A stretch of DNA of 64,000 nucleotides, from positions 45,570,001 to 45,634,000 of the forward strand of contig NC_059434.1 of the NCBI RefSeq assembly GCF_021028975.2. The letters run 5' to 3'. Source of the stretch: Sphaerodactylus townsendi (Eukaryota). Position 1 is the stretch's first letter, and each line of letters begins with the position of its first letter. Under the pieces are notes generated by a model. That model was not told the origin of the DNA and made no database searches. It saw only the letters and a list, made by a program, of their open reading frames with translations. The position numbers and the translations under genes were made by a program. Below are positions 38,000 to 51,794 of the stretch, piece after piece.

Positions 38000-38440
38000 T
38001 GAGCAGGGGGCCCACAAGGACTTGTGGGGGGCATCTACTTTGCCCTTCCCCCACTATGTCTGCTTCCCCTTCTCTGAAGCCGCCATAGCCTGTCCCCCTT
38101 CCATGACTCTTACTCTCCTTCCCAACCACTAGCTAACTTACCTTTATTCATCTACAGTTTTCCTTCCTTCCTTCTGTCCTTGGCAGTCTCTCCCAGGGAA
38201 AAGTCTGGCCTGTTTGTGCAGCGCTGGCCACCAACCCAGGCCCAGTTGCATGGTGGGGAACCTGCAAGGACTTGTGGGGGACATCTTACTTTTCCTTGAA
38301 TCCATCTTCCCACGCTATTTTCTTTTTCTATCTCTTTGCAACCCCCCATATCCTTTCCCCAGCTTTCCCTGCTTTCTTTTCTCTTTTCCATTTACCAACC
38401 AGCCTACTTTTCACCTGTCCCCCATCCCCCCCAATCTTAA
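38000..38440 (-). mobile_element. Two related repeat ends with a subterminal hairpin (Helitron-like, tentative)
   Basis: CCCACAAG-GA-CTTGTGGG hairpin at 38011-38028 and a related CAAGGACTTGTGGGGG near 38265, each followed by pyrimidine-rich tracts. Confidence 0.3.
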
Positions 38441-38469
38441 GCTATTTTTATTATTTCATTTATACTCAA

Positions 38470-38630
38470 AGCAGCTTGCATAATTCTCTGTTCCTCCATT
38501 TTACCCTCTCAACAACTCTGTAAAGTAGATTAGGCAGAATGTGTGCAACTGGCCCAAGGTCACCCAGTCAGCTACTGTGGTAGATTGGAACCCATATATC
38601 CCAGACTCTAATGCAATACTCTAACTACTT
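38470..38630 (-). mobile_element. Squam3-like SINE, antisense
   Basis: CTCCATTTTACCCTCTCAACAAC..GGCCCAAGGTCACCCAG..CTCTAACTAC, the reverse of the SINE body. Confidence 0.55.
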
Positions 38631-40117
38631 CACAGTGTAATATTATTGTTAATCCAAGACTGCAGGTGTGTTTGAACATGTGCTATGCCACTCAGACTGC
38701 AAAAGCAACGTTCCAGAAAATAAAATAAATTTATCACTCTCTCTCACACAGACGCACACCTGACAAACCAAGAGAACTGTCAGTTGATGCAATGTCAGAG
38801 TAGTCAAATAGCCTCCTACACTCCACCCACAACTCCTGGTCCACCACACCCACCCAATGGGTAGGGCAGGGAGTTCAAGGGATATGGTTGAGATAAAGCT
38901 GGCTAGTCTTGATTCTACAGGATGCTTAAAAGTCACAGCTGGCTGCATTCAGCTGTAACAACATAGATTTGTTTGAGAATGAGAATGCTTGCCAGCACCC
39001 TTAAAACCACTTGTGAAATGACTGATTTGTTGATACGTTTAACTCAATTCTTCTCTGAACATTGAACCGAGTTTACAGTACACATGGTCACATAATATAC
39101 AGTGCAATCAATTGCAGAGTTATGCCAAGATGATTTCAATAGCCTTAAACTGGACTAATTTCACATAAGATCACATTGACAGTCAGTATAGTCACCAGTC
39201 CATACAAAAAGAGAACTTCTGTTCTCTCTTCATAAGATTTGTGTTGTTCTTTTCCCTGGTTACAGCAAATCAATCCATACAAAACCATGTGTTATCTGAT
39301 CTATTTTGTGAAAAAGTGTGGTCCATCTTGAGATATCCCATTTCTTTTGTTCTTTGCTAGGTTTTGGCAATCATTAACACATTTTCCAGGAGTGTCCGGA
39401 ACTCCCAACAATATTACAGACAATTTCAAAAATCATTCGTTATAATATCATGGAGGTTTCTTGAACAGCAGAAGGTATAAAACAGTAGTGTTCAGGAGGG
39501 GTTTTTGTGTGTGTGTGTGTGTTGCCCGGGACAGGTGCCCTCGACTGTCCTAAATCCAGCCCTGCAATGAACAGATAGGAATAGAGTAGGTATCATGTGT
39601 TACCTTAGAAAATATTGGATTAGTGACTTGTGAGAAAACTGAGGAAAATAGCCCAAGAGACAAGTTAACCATATTTCATTATACTGGGATCTTTGGTTTG
39701 AGGAGAAGTTCCAAGTGAAATCATTTTCTTACTCTCTCTCTCTCTTTCTCTCTCTCTTTCTAATTTATTTTTAAAGCAGAGTTTTGCTATCCCTTGCTGT
39801 AAGTAACCAATAGCTCATTACATTCCACAATACCAATAAGCATTGATCCCTTCCAAAGAAGAGACAATAAACTTATTTTGTGAAAAGGAGGTTTTGGTTG
39901 GCATGAATCACTCCAGGGGAGTAGAAATTACCTTAGATTCCTATTCTGCCCCCCAAGGCTTCCTTTGTAATAGCAGCATAAAATTCAGCACAGTAATTTG
40001 TTAATAGTGCCTGAATGACCTCTCACACAACCCACATCCTAACTAAAATCACCTTTGTCAATGTGTCTAGAAAGTATGACAGGGAGGGTGGGGAGTAGAA
40101 AAGACATCTGACCATCA

Positions 40118-40200
40118 CAGTCTCCCATCCAAGTACTGGCACTGCTTAGCATCACAAGATTGCTTAGCATCACAAGATCAGAAGAGATTGAGCTAAACCA
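40118..40200 (-). mobile_element. 5S rRNA-derived SINE head fragment with an 18-bp tandem duplication
   Basis: GTCTCCCATCCAAGTACT is the antisense of the 5S internal promoter region. TGCTTAGCATCACAAGAT occurs at 40143 and 40161. Confidence 0.65.
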
Positions 40201-42893
40201 TGCAGCCTTCTGTTCCTCACCGAATTATTACACATGACAAAAACTGCCTTTTTTATAGGTTGAGACTATTTATTAGCAACAAGTTTAAGCACCTGTGCAG
40301 TACTGATGATGGATTCTCCTGTGTTGTATTCAGAGGCTCCTACAATATGTGAGATACTTCCAAGCCTCCTTCCTCCAAAATACAAATCTCAAATCCAGCT
40401 GCTTCAACAATTTTTTAAAATGAAATAATGTTCAGGGCAAAATGAAAGTACTGCTTGTTGTGACTGACAGAGCAGGGGTTGATGGCAAATTGCAATAAGG
40501 GAGCGGAGGAGATAGTTGAGATTAGCCAACCCCTTTCACAGCTTGCACCACAGTTTACCAACCACACTTGCATCTCACATTTTCAGCAGAATTCCCTTGT
40601 GGCACACCAGCAATGTGGAAGGGACATCTATAATGTTCTGCCTGGCGCATTATAGTAACTCTTTTCCTATTCTTCCATTGTGCTCCAATCAACTTCTAGC
40701 AGAACTTAATGTACTGGATTTCCTATCACCTTTGGTAAATTGTTTGCTGAATCTCAAATGTTCCTTCTCCAAGACCTGATTAAAAAAAAGTAATGTAAGA
40801 ATCCATTCTACCATAAGTTCCTAAAACAAGGCATTTAAATTAAATGGGGGAAAGGTATGACAACAGGAATCTGCAGCCGGTTTTGAAGCTTGTAATAAAG
40901 ACATGTCTAAAAAGCCCATTGGAGAACAGTCTTGGATCCTGCTGACCTCCGTACCCAGTACAACTACCTGGTTCAATAAATGACTCTCTGGCCGATTTTG
41001 CATGCTGAAATTGCCCCTCTGTTGGGACAGGGAATGCCCTGATGCAGTCGGGAGTTTTGCACTGCCCCTGGTGCTGCAGCGTGGCTGCCATGATTCTGCC
41101 CTGGAGCAGTCCCGTGGCATTGGTTATGCTCCATGGATTTCCTGAACCGCAAAGGTTGAGGTTCTTCTGAAATGCCCCTTTGTTGCTCTGGAGGCTTTTA
41201 CTGCTGTGCAAAACTCCTCTGTAGCAGAAACGGGGTCAGTTTTCCCACCCCACTTCTCTGGCCCACCCCTCCCCACCAATGGATAGGTGCTGAGAAGCGG
41301 TGCCCTCCCCCCATTTGCAGTGAAAAAGAAAAGGAGGGAGAATCCTTGGTTTTTAGAAAGGGAGGAGAAACCTTGGGCAGAAAAGCAGCGTGTGCAGGCA
41401 CCGTGAACCAGTGGGCAGCGATTCTCTCATACATGCAATGATTTTAGATTTGGATTTTAGATGGGGTGGGGTGGGGTGGGGTAGAGGGTGGTGATCCCAT
41501 TGCACACTCAAGAATTTTAGATCGGGGGGGGCGAGGGCGCCAATTCTCAGCGCCTGTTTTGTGTTCAGAGTCATTTAAAATTAAAATAGTGAAAGTGAGT
41601 GGGGGGAATGGGGCAAGATTCAGCCAATCTGAACACAGAAAGTGGAGGCTGCCCGCGCAGGCATGCAAGAGACTACGGAAAAGCTCGCAGTGCTTATGGA
41701 AAAGCCCCAGGCTTGTGGGGAACCATTCAGGGATTCCTTCACTGGTCCTGACGAAGGAAAGAGCCAGGCAGCAGTGGGGAACTACAAGCAGGGTAAGAAG
41801 CCCCGCAGAAGGTACACTCCCCAGCTAAGCCACGGAGTATTTAGAAAGTGCAAAATCAGCATCTGAAGCTACAGGATACAGCAGCATAATTTCACAAAGA
41901 GGGGCAAAATAATTTAGGAATGCAGTTCACAGCAAGCTTCAAACATTTGCAGGATGGAAAACTGCACCTAGTGAGTATGTTTTAATCCTAAAATAACCAA
42001 ATAACCAAGATAGTATGCTTTGATCCCATAATAATAAAATATACTATATTTGGTCTTAAATAGAGGTGGTGAGAGGAAAGATAGCATTCCCTTAATTAAT
42101 GCCTTTGGATTGAAGAAGGGTATAGAATACTTAAAAGTCTTCTTCTGTTTGATGTCTGTTTTCAGAATTTCTCTGTATTTCTGCTTATATTCTAAGCCTT
42201 TCTTCCTACACTTTGGTTCAGTCCCATTGCTTATTTAATTTATGCTTTTTTTGCAGATCACAAACAGAAAACAAACCTTATATTGTGTCAGTTAAGCCCA
42301 AACAAGATTATGCCTAGCTCAGGAGTCCCCAGTCTTTCTGAGCTTGCAGTCACATTTGGAATTCTAATACATCGTAATAGGTGCAGCAGCAAAATGGCTG
42401 CCACAAAAATGGCTGCTGTAGGAAGTAAAGCCAGCCACAGAATGTAGGAAGTGATGCCAGCCACAGCTTAACTTCAGTAACACAGTACAGATCCTTGTGC
42501 TCTGGTGGCAGTTGCTGCCAAAGCAACATTTTTTTTAAAAATATGCAGTCATTTAAATCTTCAATATTAATCAGAAGGCTTGCTGGGCAAATGCTCTACC
42601 TGGCTCCACCCACTTCATATAAACACTTGGTGAGTGCCAGAAAAGGTGTAGGCAGGTTTGGGACGCTAGACTCTTTACCAATCAGATCAAACACTTTGAT
42701 AGTTGTTTTGAGATTTAGTTGCAGGTCAAATAATCAGCATTTTTTTAAATAAACTTGGATAAAGTCTGCAACAATGTAGAATCACCTGTCCTTTAGCAAT
42801 CCAAAGACATAATTTACTAAGAATAGAACGTGTACTAAAAATTCACTTTCAACTGATCATCATGCATTCCATCAGGGCCTACCTTTACAAAAT

Positions 42894-43012
42894 GGCTGCT
42901 TCCGCACATGCAGAATCCACTTTCACAATTGTTTGAAAGTGCATTTTGCTATTCTGCACAGCTGAAAAGTGCACTGAAAGTGGATTGAAAGTGCATGATT
43001 CTGTATGTGCGG
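42894..43012. mobile_element. Harbinger-like palindromic MITE, right end truncated
   Basis: GGCTGCTTCCGCACATGCAGAAT .. ATTCTGTATGTGCGG, with internal CACTTTCA / TGAAAGTG repeats. Confidence 0.6.
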
Positions 43013-43045
43013 GTCACAGTCCCACTGCTCTCCCCCTGAAAGAAC

Positions 43046-43400
43046 AAGCAAAGCCCAGTGGGACAATGACAGCAAGACATTCTCCTGCCTGGCCTGGGAC
43101 CAACCTGCCCAGTCTCCCACCCACCCTCCCCTCAAAAACCCAAACAGGGCCCCACGGGGCAGTGGCAGCAAGGCATCCACCTGCCTGTCTCAGTACCAGC
43201 CCACCCAGTCCCCTGCCCATCCTCTCCAAACCAAGCAGGGCCTGGTGGGGCAGCAGTGGCAAGGCACCCTCCCACCTGCCTGGGCACCAGCCTACTCAGT
43301 TCCCAGTCCCCCCTCCCCCCCAAAATAAAACCTCCCAAGCAGGGCTCAGTGGAGCAGCAGAAGTCCCCTCCTGCCTGCCCTGGCACCAGCCTCCCACCAA
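43046..43400. repeat. Degenerate minisatellite, about 4 units of roughly 95 nt
   Basis: AAGCAGGGC..GGCAG..AAGGCA..CCTGCCTG..ACCAGCC recurs near 43046, 43142, 43233 and 43337. Confidence 0.6.
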
Positions 43401-44360
43401 GCACTGTGCCAACAGTGGGGCCCAGACAAGCAGAGCTCTAATGTTGGGAAGAAGTGAACAGAGAGCCAACAGGTGAGGGAGGGGAAAGTGAACAAACAGC
43501 CAATGCTACAGAGGGAGGCAGAGAGCCAGAATATAAGATAGGAGAGAAAGAAAATAAAAGCTTGGGCAGGGGAGCAGAAAAGATGGACATGGAAAATGGA
43601 AAGGTGGGGTGTAAATGAGAACAGATACAGAGAGTTTTTCCCAGAAAGACAACTGATGTTCAGAGTACAGATCCTGCCTTGTTGTCTAGATCCTGCCATA
43701 TCGCTTACCACAGTGGGATTTACTACTAGTCTATAATACTTCAAAGATTTTTCCCCATATTCTACAAAATTGGGTATTGCTGTCATCTGTGGGGATTTTT
43801 AAGATATACCAATTTGACAGGTGTAGAGATTTTCTATAAAAAGACAGAGACTCAAAATAAGTAGGTCAGGGAAGCCATTAATGCCTGCACAGATCACAGC
43901 GTTTAATAAAGAAACACACAGACTTTAAAACCACTTCCCGCTTTTGTGTTGTCTCCACTTCAGGAGCAAAGCCATAACAGGACATAGTCATTCATAACAA
44001 CATTATTAGGAATGACCACTTCCCATATTGTTTTTCATTAACAGGATGACTCCTGTATCTGAATATAAACATAACTGGTTTCTAGACAGACCTGGACAGT
44101 GTCTACCAAGTTGGGAAAACCAGTTAAGCACACAAGTTCAAATACATGAAGAAATAGGCAGGGCAGTCTTAACAGCATTATAGGCTCTCAGGCAAAGCAG
44201 TGCACTGGCGCTCCAAACCACACAACCACTCACCAAAAAAAATGTTTATCATGCGCACAGTGCGTTGTGCCTCCCACCCTATCCCCTTGGCGCTACCCCA
44301 CTGTTGTTCATTATCTTTAGTGAAACATGATAAATATGCACTTTCCAATAATAAATATTT

Positions 44361-44364
<4 letters not shown>

Positions 44365-44400
<36 letters not shown>
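44365..44400. repeat. (TC)18 microsatellite
   Basis: Read directly from the sequence. Confidence 0.97.
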
Positions 44401-44403
<3 letters not shown>

Positions 44404-46561
44404 TACAGCAAGTCACAACATAAATAGATTAGAATGGCCCCCCTGTGCTTGTGGGGTCCCCTAGCAACTGCTCAGCGTTGCTCATGCATTAAGACAGTCC
44501 TGGAAATACATCTGAAATATGATTTTTAAAGCTTTTTAAATGGCCTGGGTTCAATATAAGTGAAAGATGGTTTCCACCTGTATAAACCTGCTCAGGTTCA
44601 GAGCCCTGTTTGTGGTGGATTGGCTCTGCTTCAGTAACCCACTGCTAGAATTTGATGGGAAGAGACTTTTTGGAAGGTCTCCTTTAGGGCCCACTCTGTA
44701 ATGAGGCCAAATGAAGTGGTTGCCTCAGGCAGCACATTTTTTAGGCTGGGTAATAGCAGTGAGTTACCTGCCCTTTGTCAGGCATCTAAAAGAGATGGTT
44801 CAACTCTCACAAAAATTAAGAAATCTCAAGGAGAGCTTGGGAATCTTTTGGACATACACAACTTGCTGTATTGTTTTTAAGGCGGCTTGGGGGTGAAAGC
44901 AAGGAGGAACAGGGGCTCTGGTGGCAATCTCAGGCAGAACTATGGACAGAGTCATCAATCTCCCTTGTCCACCATCACCCAAGTGTAGAATTTAGTTGCC
45001 CAGCAGATAGATTGGTGCCATTTTGTAGGTCTTCTGGCATCATCTGAAGATGTGCTTGTTCTTCAAGGCCTTTTGGGAAACCTGGCTGATACTTACCTTC
45101 TGATTTAAAATGTGGTACTTACTACTGATGTCTTATTTTGACTTTTGACATCAATAGTTCCCCCACAGGGATAAATTAAATCAGTGCAGCTTTTCCTGTC
45201 ACTACATCACCACAAGGCTCTTGCAACAGTGGAATTTCTCCCAAGGCCAGAAAGCCACCTCACACTGGTAACTCCTGCTTCATTGTATTTTTTTTACCTC
45301 TGTAGAAGCAGTTTAGTTAAACAGCTGCTAGCCATGTTTCTTTGACAGTAGCAAAATAGTAGAAATGGGGAACTGCAGCTACCAATCAGGACTTTTTTTG
45401 TAAGAATGACACATTGTCATGCTTTTCCCATAATCTCTGGCTGCATACCCTCCCTGACTCTTCTCTGCCCTCATTAGCAGAGGAAAAACAGTCTCACATA
45501 CCTGAAATCTGAGACTGTATGTGTGCACGCACACTTTGATAAAACTGAAGTGAAACCAACTCCATTGTGGGTGGGAAGAAGCAACATTCCGGTGTGAACA
45601 AAGAAAAGATAGGTTACCAGAGGGCTAGTTAGGGAAGGATGGAAAAGACAATAAAAGGAATGGGAGTGGGAGGAAGTTGTCCTAGACACTATTAAGGGAG
45701 GGGCTGGGAACAGGAGAAAAGCAAATCCAGATATTGGATGGGAGGAGGAGAATCTCCGCATGTATTTATATAAGCTTAGTCTAACATACAAATGTAGTTT
45801 TATATTGGAGAAATGCATAAAACAGAATCATAAGCAACTTCACACTATGTTACTTCCGCAGCCAAGTGAAACTGTAGCAGAAACCTAATCAACATCTGAA
45901 TAGGTGGAGCATTTTCTCAGCCTGCAGTTCAAGGTCTTAATGAGCCATGGAGTCATACAAAACTTCACAAGCTAAATACAGTAAGGGCTGCAGAAAACTG
46001 CAGACTAATAATTGCTGTACTTACAAAACTCAGCAGACATAAGCCTCAGAATACTAGTTAAATATGTTTGATAATGTGCACAGTGGAATGCATTTGTGTT
46101 ATTAATTTTTATCTTGCTTTCAGTCCCTGATAGGATATTAAAAGAAGCAGAAAACACAGGCTAGAAACAGAACCCAGAAACTATGAAGGTCAACTCTGCC
46201 TTAAGGGGAAAATTTATACCAAGGGATGCTCATATAAACCCCATTGAAAGGGCTCCCACTATTGAAGGTGCTTTCTTAATGTTCCTAATACAAGTGTGTC
46301 AACTTTTCACTGGTTATTGCCTGAATCAGTTGTTCCTAACATTGAATCTCTTTTGCAATCTTAGTAAAAAAAAATCAGTAGATGGAAAGCTAGAAAAACT
46401 GCTTTGCTGAATGTGAAATTTAACCTTTGTGTTCGGGGCAAAACACTTAGGTCTAACTCACATAACTGACCTTACAAGTACAGTGAATTGAATTCCACTT
46501 CAGGTGGCTCTGATTTGAAGCAGTTATTCAGTTTTTAGCACAAACCATTTAATGTGTCTTA

Positions 46562-46990
46562 CAGTCCCATCTGGGGGTAGGGGGTGGGGTTGGGGGTAGG
46601 GAGAAGAATCATGGGAGCTACAAGGGGCCACACTAGCAGATTTGCCTTCCCTGGAGTACTTGCCCTGGCAGAGGGCTGAATACATCAGTGGGCAACTGCT
46701 GCAGCCCTCCCCAGTGTTGCATGCCATGCCAGAGTCCCTGTGCTCCCGCTGCTGCTGGCATAGTGGCAGCAATCCAGGGGCATATGGCATGGCTGGGGGA
46801 GGAGCCAATGTTCGCTTCCTCCCAGTCATTGCCCCCATTGTGCTAGTGGCCAGGACTCTGTAAGTCTATTATACCAATGCAAGCTTCCTTGCACTGAGGA
46901 GGCTTTTTTACGTTTTCAGCCTCCTTGGGGACACCGGGGCAGTGCAGCCACAGTGCCACAGCTGGGTGCCTGGCCCATTGGATGGGGCTG
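46562..46990. mobile_element. Non-autonomous DNA transposon (Harbinger-like by TSD)
   Basis: CAGTCCCATC / GATGGGGCTG termini. TTA on both flanks (46559-46561 and 46991-46993). Confidence 0.7.
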
Positions 46991-48592
46991 TTAATCATAC
47001 ATATAATTTTTATGTTGCTTGAATCACACCCCCTCAAATAGTTTGTGGATCAGATTTATAATATTTTAGATATTTTTATGCCTGACTTCTAAAGTGGCTT
47101 TGAAAATTATTCTCCTTTCCATTTTGTCCTCATATCACCCCTGTAATGTAGCTTAGACTTGGAAAGGTGGTGGAAGCAGTCATTCATGAGATTTTGTGGC
47201 AGAGTGGAAATTTGAACTTGGGTCCCCCAGTTCCCCATTAGGCAGGTTTAATAAGGAAATAGGTCATATTGGAGATACTCTGCTGCTAGATCATTGGGCA
47301 CAGAAGCCAACTGGGACTCAAGAAAGCTGGCAGTTCAGAGAATCGTGGAGGATCTAAACAACATGTTATACGTGCTGGTTAAGGTACTTGTAGCTGTAAC
47401 CTGAACCTAGGGTGGCTTTTTTCCCCAAACAGCATGGCTCAGAAGTCTGAATGAGAAGTGATCAGGATATGAGAAGTGATTGGGCCACACCCAGTTATGC
47501 ACTTTCCTAGGTAACAAAACGTTCCGCCCTTAACTGGTAAAAATTGTTTCTGGCTGCTACTGTCATCTGGGAATGGAGTTGTACAGCCTACCACAGGAAC
47601 TTATAATCAGGCTTTAGCTATGAGGTCTCCTGTGAGAACTAAATTATTGAACACGAAAAGCCCTAGCTCCTGCTGGAAATATAATCTGTAGGGAGAGGAG
47701 ACTCCTACTTGTCTTTGAGGACCTTTCCCTTCATCCCCCTCCCCCCCCATCCAAAATAGTTCAGGTGGAGTGTTATTTCCCCCACTGGCATGTGTACTGC
47801 AGAGCTACACATGCAGCTGCAAACAGGCCAAACAGATCAACTCTTTGGGGGTCAATTTGGTTTGGGAAAATGGCCTGGGGGGGGGGGGAGCCAGGAACCA
47901 CTTCTCCCCATGTAGTTCAGACACAAAACTCTCCAAACAATATGCCTGGGATTTGAAAGGGAATCCATTCCATTTAAGGAAATATCAATCCACTAATACC
48001 TTGTCTGCCCTAAGCTTTAGTTTGTTGTCATCCTGTCCCTCACTGATTCTCAGGTGTCTAACTGCTGACTGTGTGGAACAAAGAAAAAGGAGTGGGGTGG
48101 CTTCACTATATTGAGTGCGCCATGCCTAGCAACTCCATACCACCTGCCAGAAAATAATGGAACCATGGAAAAGTATTGCCTGCTGTACCAGTAGCATGGT
48201 TGGCACTGACATATTTAGAATGGGGCAAGCCCTAGACACTACTTGTCTAGGAATGTCCAGGCTGCCCCTTTGCAAAGCAGGAAGCCGCCACCACTCAGAG
48301 GGCTGGTTTACCTACCATTAGGAAGCAATGGCTAGAGATGTACCAGTTCTTAATGGTGGGCAGGCTAGCCCTCTGGAGAACTGGTCTACCTTTGGTTCAA
48401 AGGAATAGGTAGACCTGGCAGCCAGAGAGCTGGTTTCTAAGATGGGGAAGACCTGTTGGTTTTGGGGGAGGGCCCAATTTCAGTGCTTACTCTGGGTACC
48501 ATTTTCTGTAGATATTCCTCTGATGGTTGGTACTGAAAATTATACAGAGAGGTCCAAGGTTTAACTGTTCTGTCCAGCATATCCATTATAGT

Positions 48593-49058
48593 GAGAGCAA
48601 GTTTGGGTTGTGGTTAGTGTCTGATTAGGATTGGCGAAACCCGTTTGAATCCCCACTCCTCTATGGAAGCACACTGGATGACTTTGGGCCAGTCACCTAC
48701 TCTCTGTCTAACATAAATCACAGGTTTGTTGTGAAGATAAAACTGAGAGCAGAAAAATGTAGGGGAGGGGCCATGACTCAGTAGGGGAGGGGCCTCTGCT
48801 TGCTAAAAATGTAGGGGAGGGGCCTCTGCTTGCTATACAGAAGGTGTCAGGTTCAGCCCTCAGCATCTCCAGTTAAGGATCAGGTAGTGGGTGATGTGAA
48901 GGACCTCTACTTAAAATCCTGGAGAGCTACTGCCAGTCCGAGTGGACAGCACTGACCTTGACAGACCAAGAGTCTGATTCGGTATAAGGCATCTTCATGT
49001 CTGTAAACCTTTTTGGGTTCCCACGTGGGACAAAGGCAGGGTGTAAATGAAGCAATTA
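48593..49058 (+). mobile_element. Squam3-like SINE with a Squam2-like SINE (about 48762-49000) nested inside
   Basis: The outer SINE head runs 48593-48760 and resumes at 49001 (TGTAAACC..GGGTGTAAATGAAG). Inner GGAGGGGCCATGACTCAGT..CAGGTTCAGCCC..GGTATAAGGCATCTTCATGT, with a 30-bp tandem duplication at 48781-48835. Confidence 0.65.
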
Positions 49059-51788
49059 GAAATTCACCAGTGTGAGAGGCTGATACATGCTTGTGAGAAC
49101 TGATATGTGCTTATTACTAGTGATGGTTGTGGACCAGTACTGAAAATCAACTCCTGGAATTCATGCCTGCTGGTTTCTTTGCTTAAGCTTCTTACCTAGT
49201 GGAAAGACGACCAGAGTAAGTAGTCACGACCCCATCCTGGCCCTGCTTGCCTCTTTCCTTTTGGGACAGTCACTACTTTTCTGTAATAGCTTAGAATAGT
49301 GAAATGCCCAAGGCTGATATACAATTTTGCTTTGGGTTTCCCATTCATTGCTGCCATGTGTGCATCAATGCAGGGAACCATTTGAATTCAAATCAGTTCA
49401 TGGTTCCTTCTTTACCTTTATTTTAACAAATAATTTTGTAACTGGGGAGGGAGGGATTTTTTTTGATGGGGAGAACAAGGGTAAATATACAATGCCACCT
49501 TGCTTAACAGCGTCATCAAGCTTGAAATAATTTTCCCACACTCTTTACCATACAGTTGGAGTCATCTGGCAGCTTATGCAATTTCTACCCTTCTCAACAA
49601 GGCCACCCTTGCTAAGAACAAACTCTGCATCTAAAACAGCCCTCCCAACATGAAGTCACTATGCTAATCGTTATCTTTGTATTGAAATCCACTACAGAGT
49701 CACAAGGAAGGAACAACAAAGGAAAGGAAGTTGGCACGCTGGAAGGAGAAATTTTTACAATCTCTTTGCTGAAATCTGCTTCTCATGGTCAGTGAGGCAG
49801 CCAGAATTCCTTCATGGTCATGTCAGCAAACTTGCCAGAAATGCTAGAATTTGACTGGCATTTCAGAATTAATTTGGTGCAACTATTTCCATGAGACTAT
49901 TAGGGTTTTAAGCATATTTTACTTGCAGAAAGCTTTCTAGGTACAGTCATATAAAGGGCAACTATTTTAAAGGATTTCATACGAATCACACATGCCACTA
50001 CCAGAGATTCACAGATAGCACAACTTAGACTGGGGCAATGTTGGAAAACAAGATGGTACCTTGGACCCCTATTTATGGTGGAGGATACATGTCTAGTGAA
50101 CCTACAAGCATTTTGTGACGACTTTGCATGTGAATCAGGCACACATGCCTGCAATTAATTTCAATGTTAAGGCACCACGTAAATATCTGGAGATTAAACA
50201 GACATGCTGAACAGGAGGTACAAGCATGTAGGTAGTCCGTCCTTTCCACAACAGAGATCCAGGCCACCTTTGTGTCATTTTATTTGGCCCACACCGCCTC
50301 AAAAGAGAAGTGCTGCCAGACAGTGCTCCTGAAATGTAAGATATAAACCACGAGGAATAGATTTAGTACCAGTTGTAGAAAATGTCAGGGCACAAAAAGG
50401 AGAACGAGACTGGTCTTCCAGACAACTCAGGCATTTCATGGTGTTAGAGAGCCTCTGAAAGTCCACACAGTCCTTTAATGTAGTACAATACAGATCTCCT
50501 GCTGCCAGAGAAGAAGCCTCCTCTAAAAGGCATAATTTAATGTGAATCACATTTTCAAATATAAAACAGGAGAGCTGGAGACAGAAATCAAGAGCTGCAT
50601 TGGGAGTGGTAGAAACTGTTCCTTGTGGGCTGGAGTGGTAGAAACTGTTCTTTGTACTTTTCTTTGTACAATTGCTGTCTTATACAGTTCAAATGGCACT
50701 TAAGAAGACAGGAGACAAAATAGTTTCATGCCATTTTACTGAATGGCAGAACTACTGCTATATGCTTCTCCCAACCCTCTCCAAACAGTTGGGTAACTCC
50801 CTGAAAAGCTACTAGAAACTGTGTAATGATATTCCCAAGCAAGATGTTCTAAACTAATGAGAACCAAGGCAACAACAGATCCAGACATGTTAGATTTTAA
50901 AATATTCAAAACACCATCTCATCCATAAATTAGGAGAGCCTTAGCCTTACTGTTGTAAAGAAAACAAGTGAGAGACTTCCAGAATGTGAAAGAATTTGGT
51001 TCTATCTCACTGCACAATTAATAACTCCTCACCCACAATCTAGATGACCCACCAAACCACAACCTTGGATCCATTCTTCTACTTTTTTATGCCAATTCCT
51101 GGCAGCAAAAACAAAACTCAAAATTTTATTCTGTATACTAGCATCAGAATTCATGATACTAAGCAAATGTGAAATTAAGAATATATTTATCAACAGCAAA
51201 TGCTATCCCTTTGCAGACAACCTGTCTGTCCATTTATTTCACTAGAATGGGAAGGCAGTCGTCCCCTGGCCCCCATGTGAGGTCAAATCAACATTGACAC
51301 ACAATACTATTTCCATATCTAGAACATCCCCCCCCCCTTTTCAGGGCACTAATACTATTGAGGATCAAGAATAATTTTAGGCTTTGCCTCATGCTCTGTT
51401 AACTGGGCCATGAACTTCAGTTTCCTATTCCCATGGCATTCAACATATGGGCTTCTTTCCTCTTTTGTTTTCTCACACTCCCAGGCACACCAATGGCTTG
51501 CCCAATAGCCCTGTTGGATATCTTCAGTTCACAGAAGAAGTAAATTACAATTTTGTGAGGAAAGGGATCCATCCTAATGCAAAATGTTAAATTTAGTTCA
51601 AAAAGCCTTAATTATTGAAAGCAAGAGTCAACAATACATCATTGTAAAGATTCTTCAAGACATACCCCCAAATTAAAAGTATGTGTTCCAATCTGGGGCT
51701 GAGTAGTTTAAGAACCAGAATACATCAAGAGAATACAGAATACATCAAGAGAATCGAAGTATATAGCACAAACCCCATACACGGGAAC

Positions 51789-51794
51789 TTTATT
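51789..51794 (-). terminator. FHDC1: Likely distal poly(A) signal (AATAAA) of FHDC1
   Basis: TTTATT on the plus strand. A G/T-rich tract follows on the minus strand (GTATGGGGTTTGTG). About 2.1 kb from the stop codon. A second AATAAA lies at 52535-52540. Confidence 0.5.

Noticed and set aside
41463-41490. G-quadruplex motifs, also near 46573 and 61946
   Set aside because: Common G-runs inside repeats or introns with no functional context.
40900-41820. Moderately CpG-rich block as a second promoter
   Set aside because: It looks more like an older DNA-transposon interior, but I could not define termini, so it is left uncalled.
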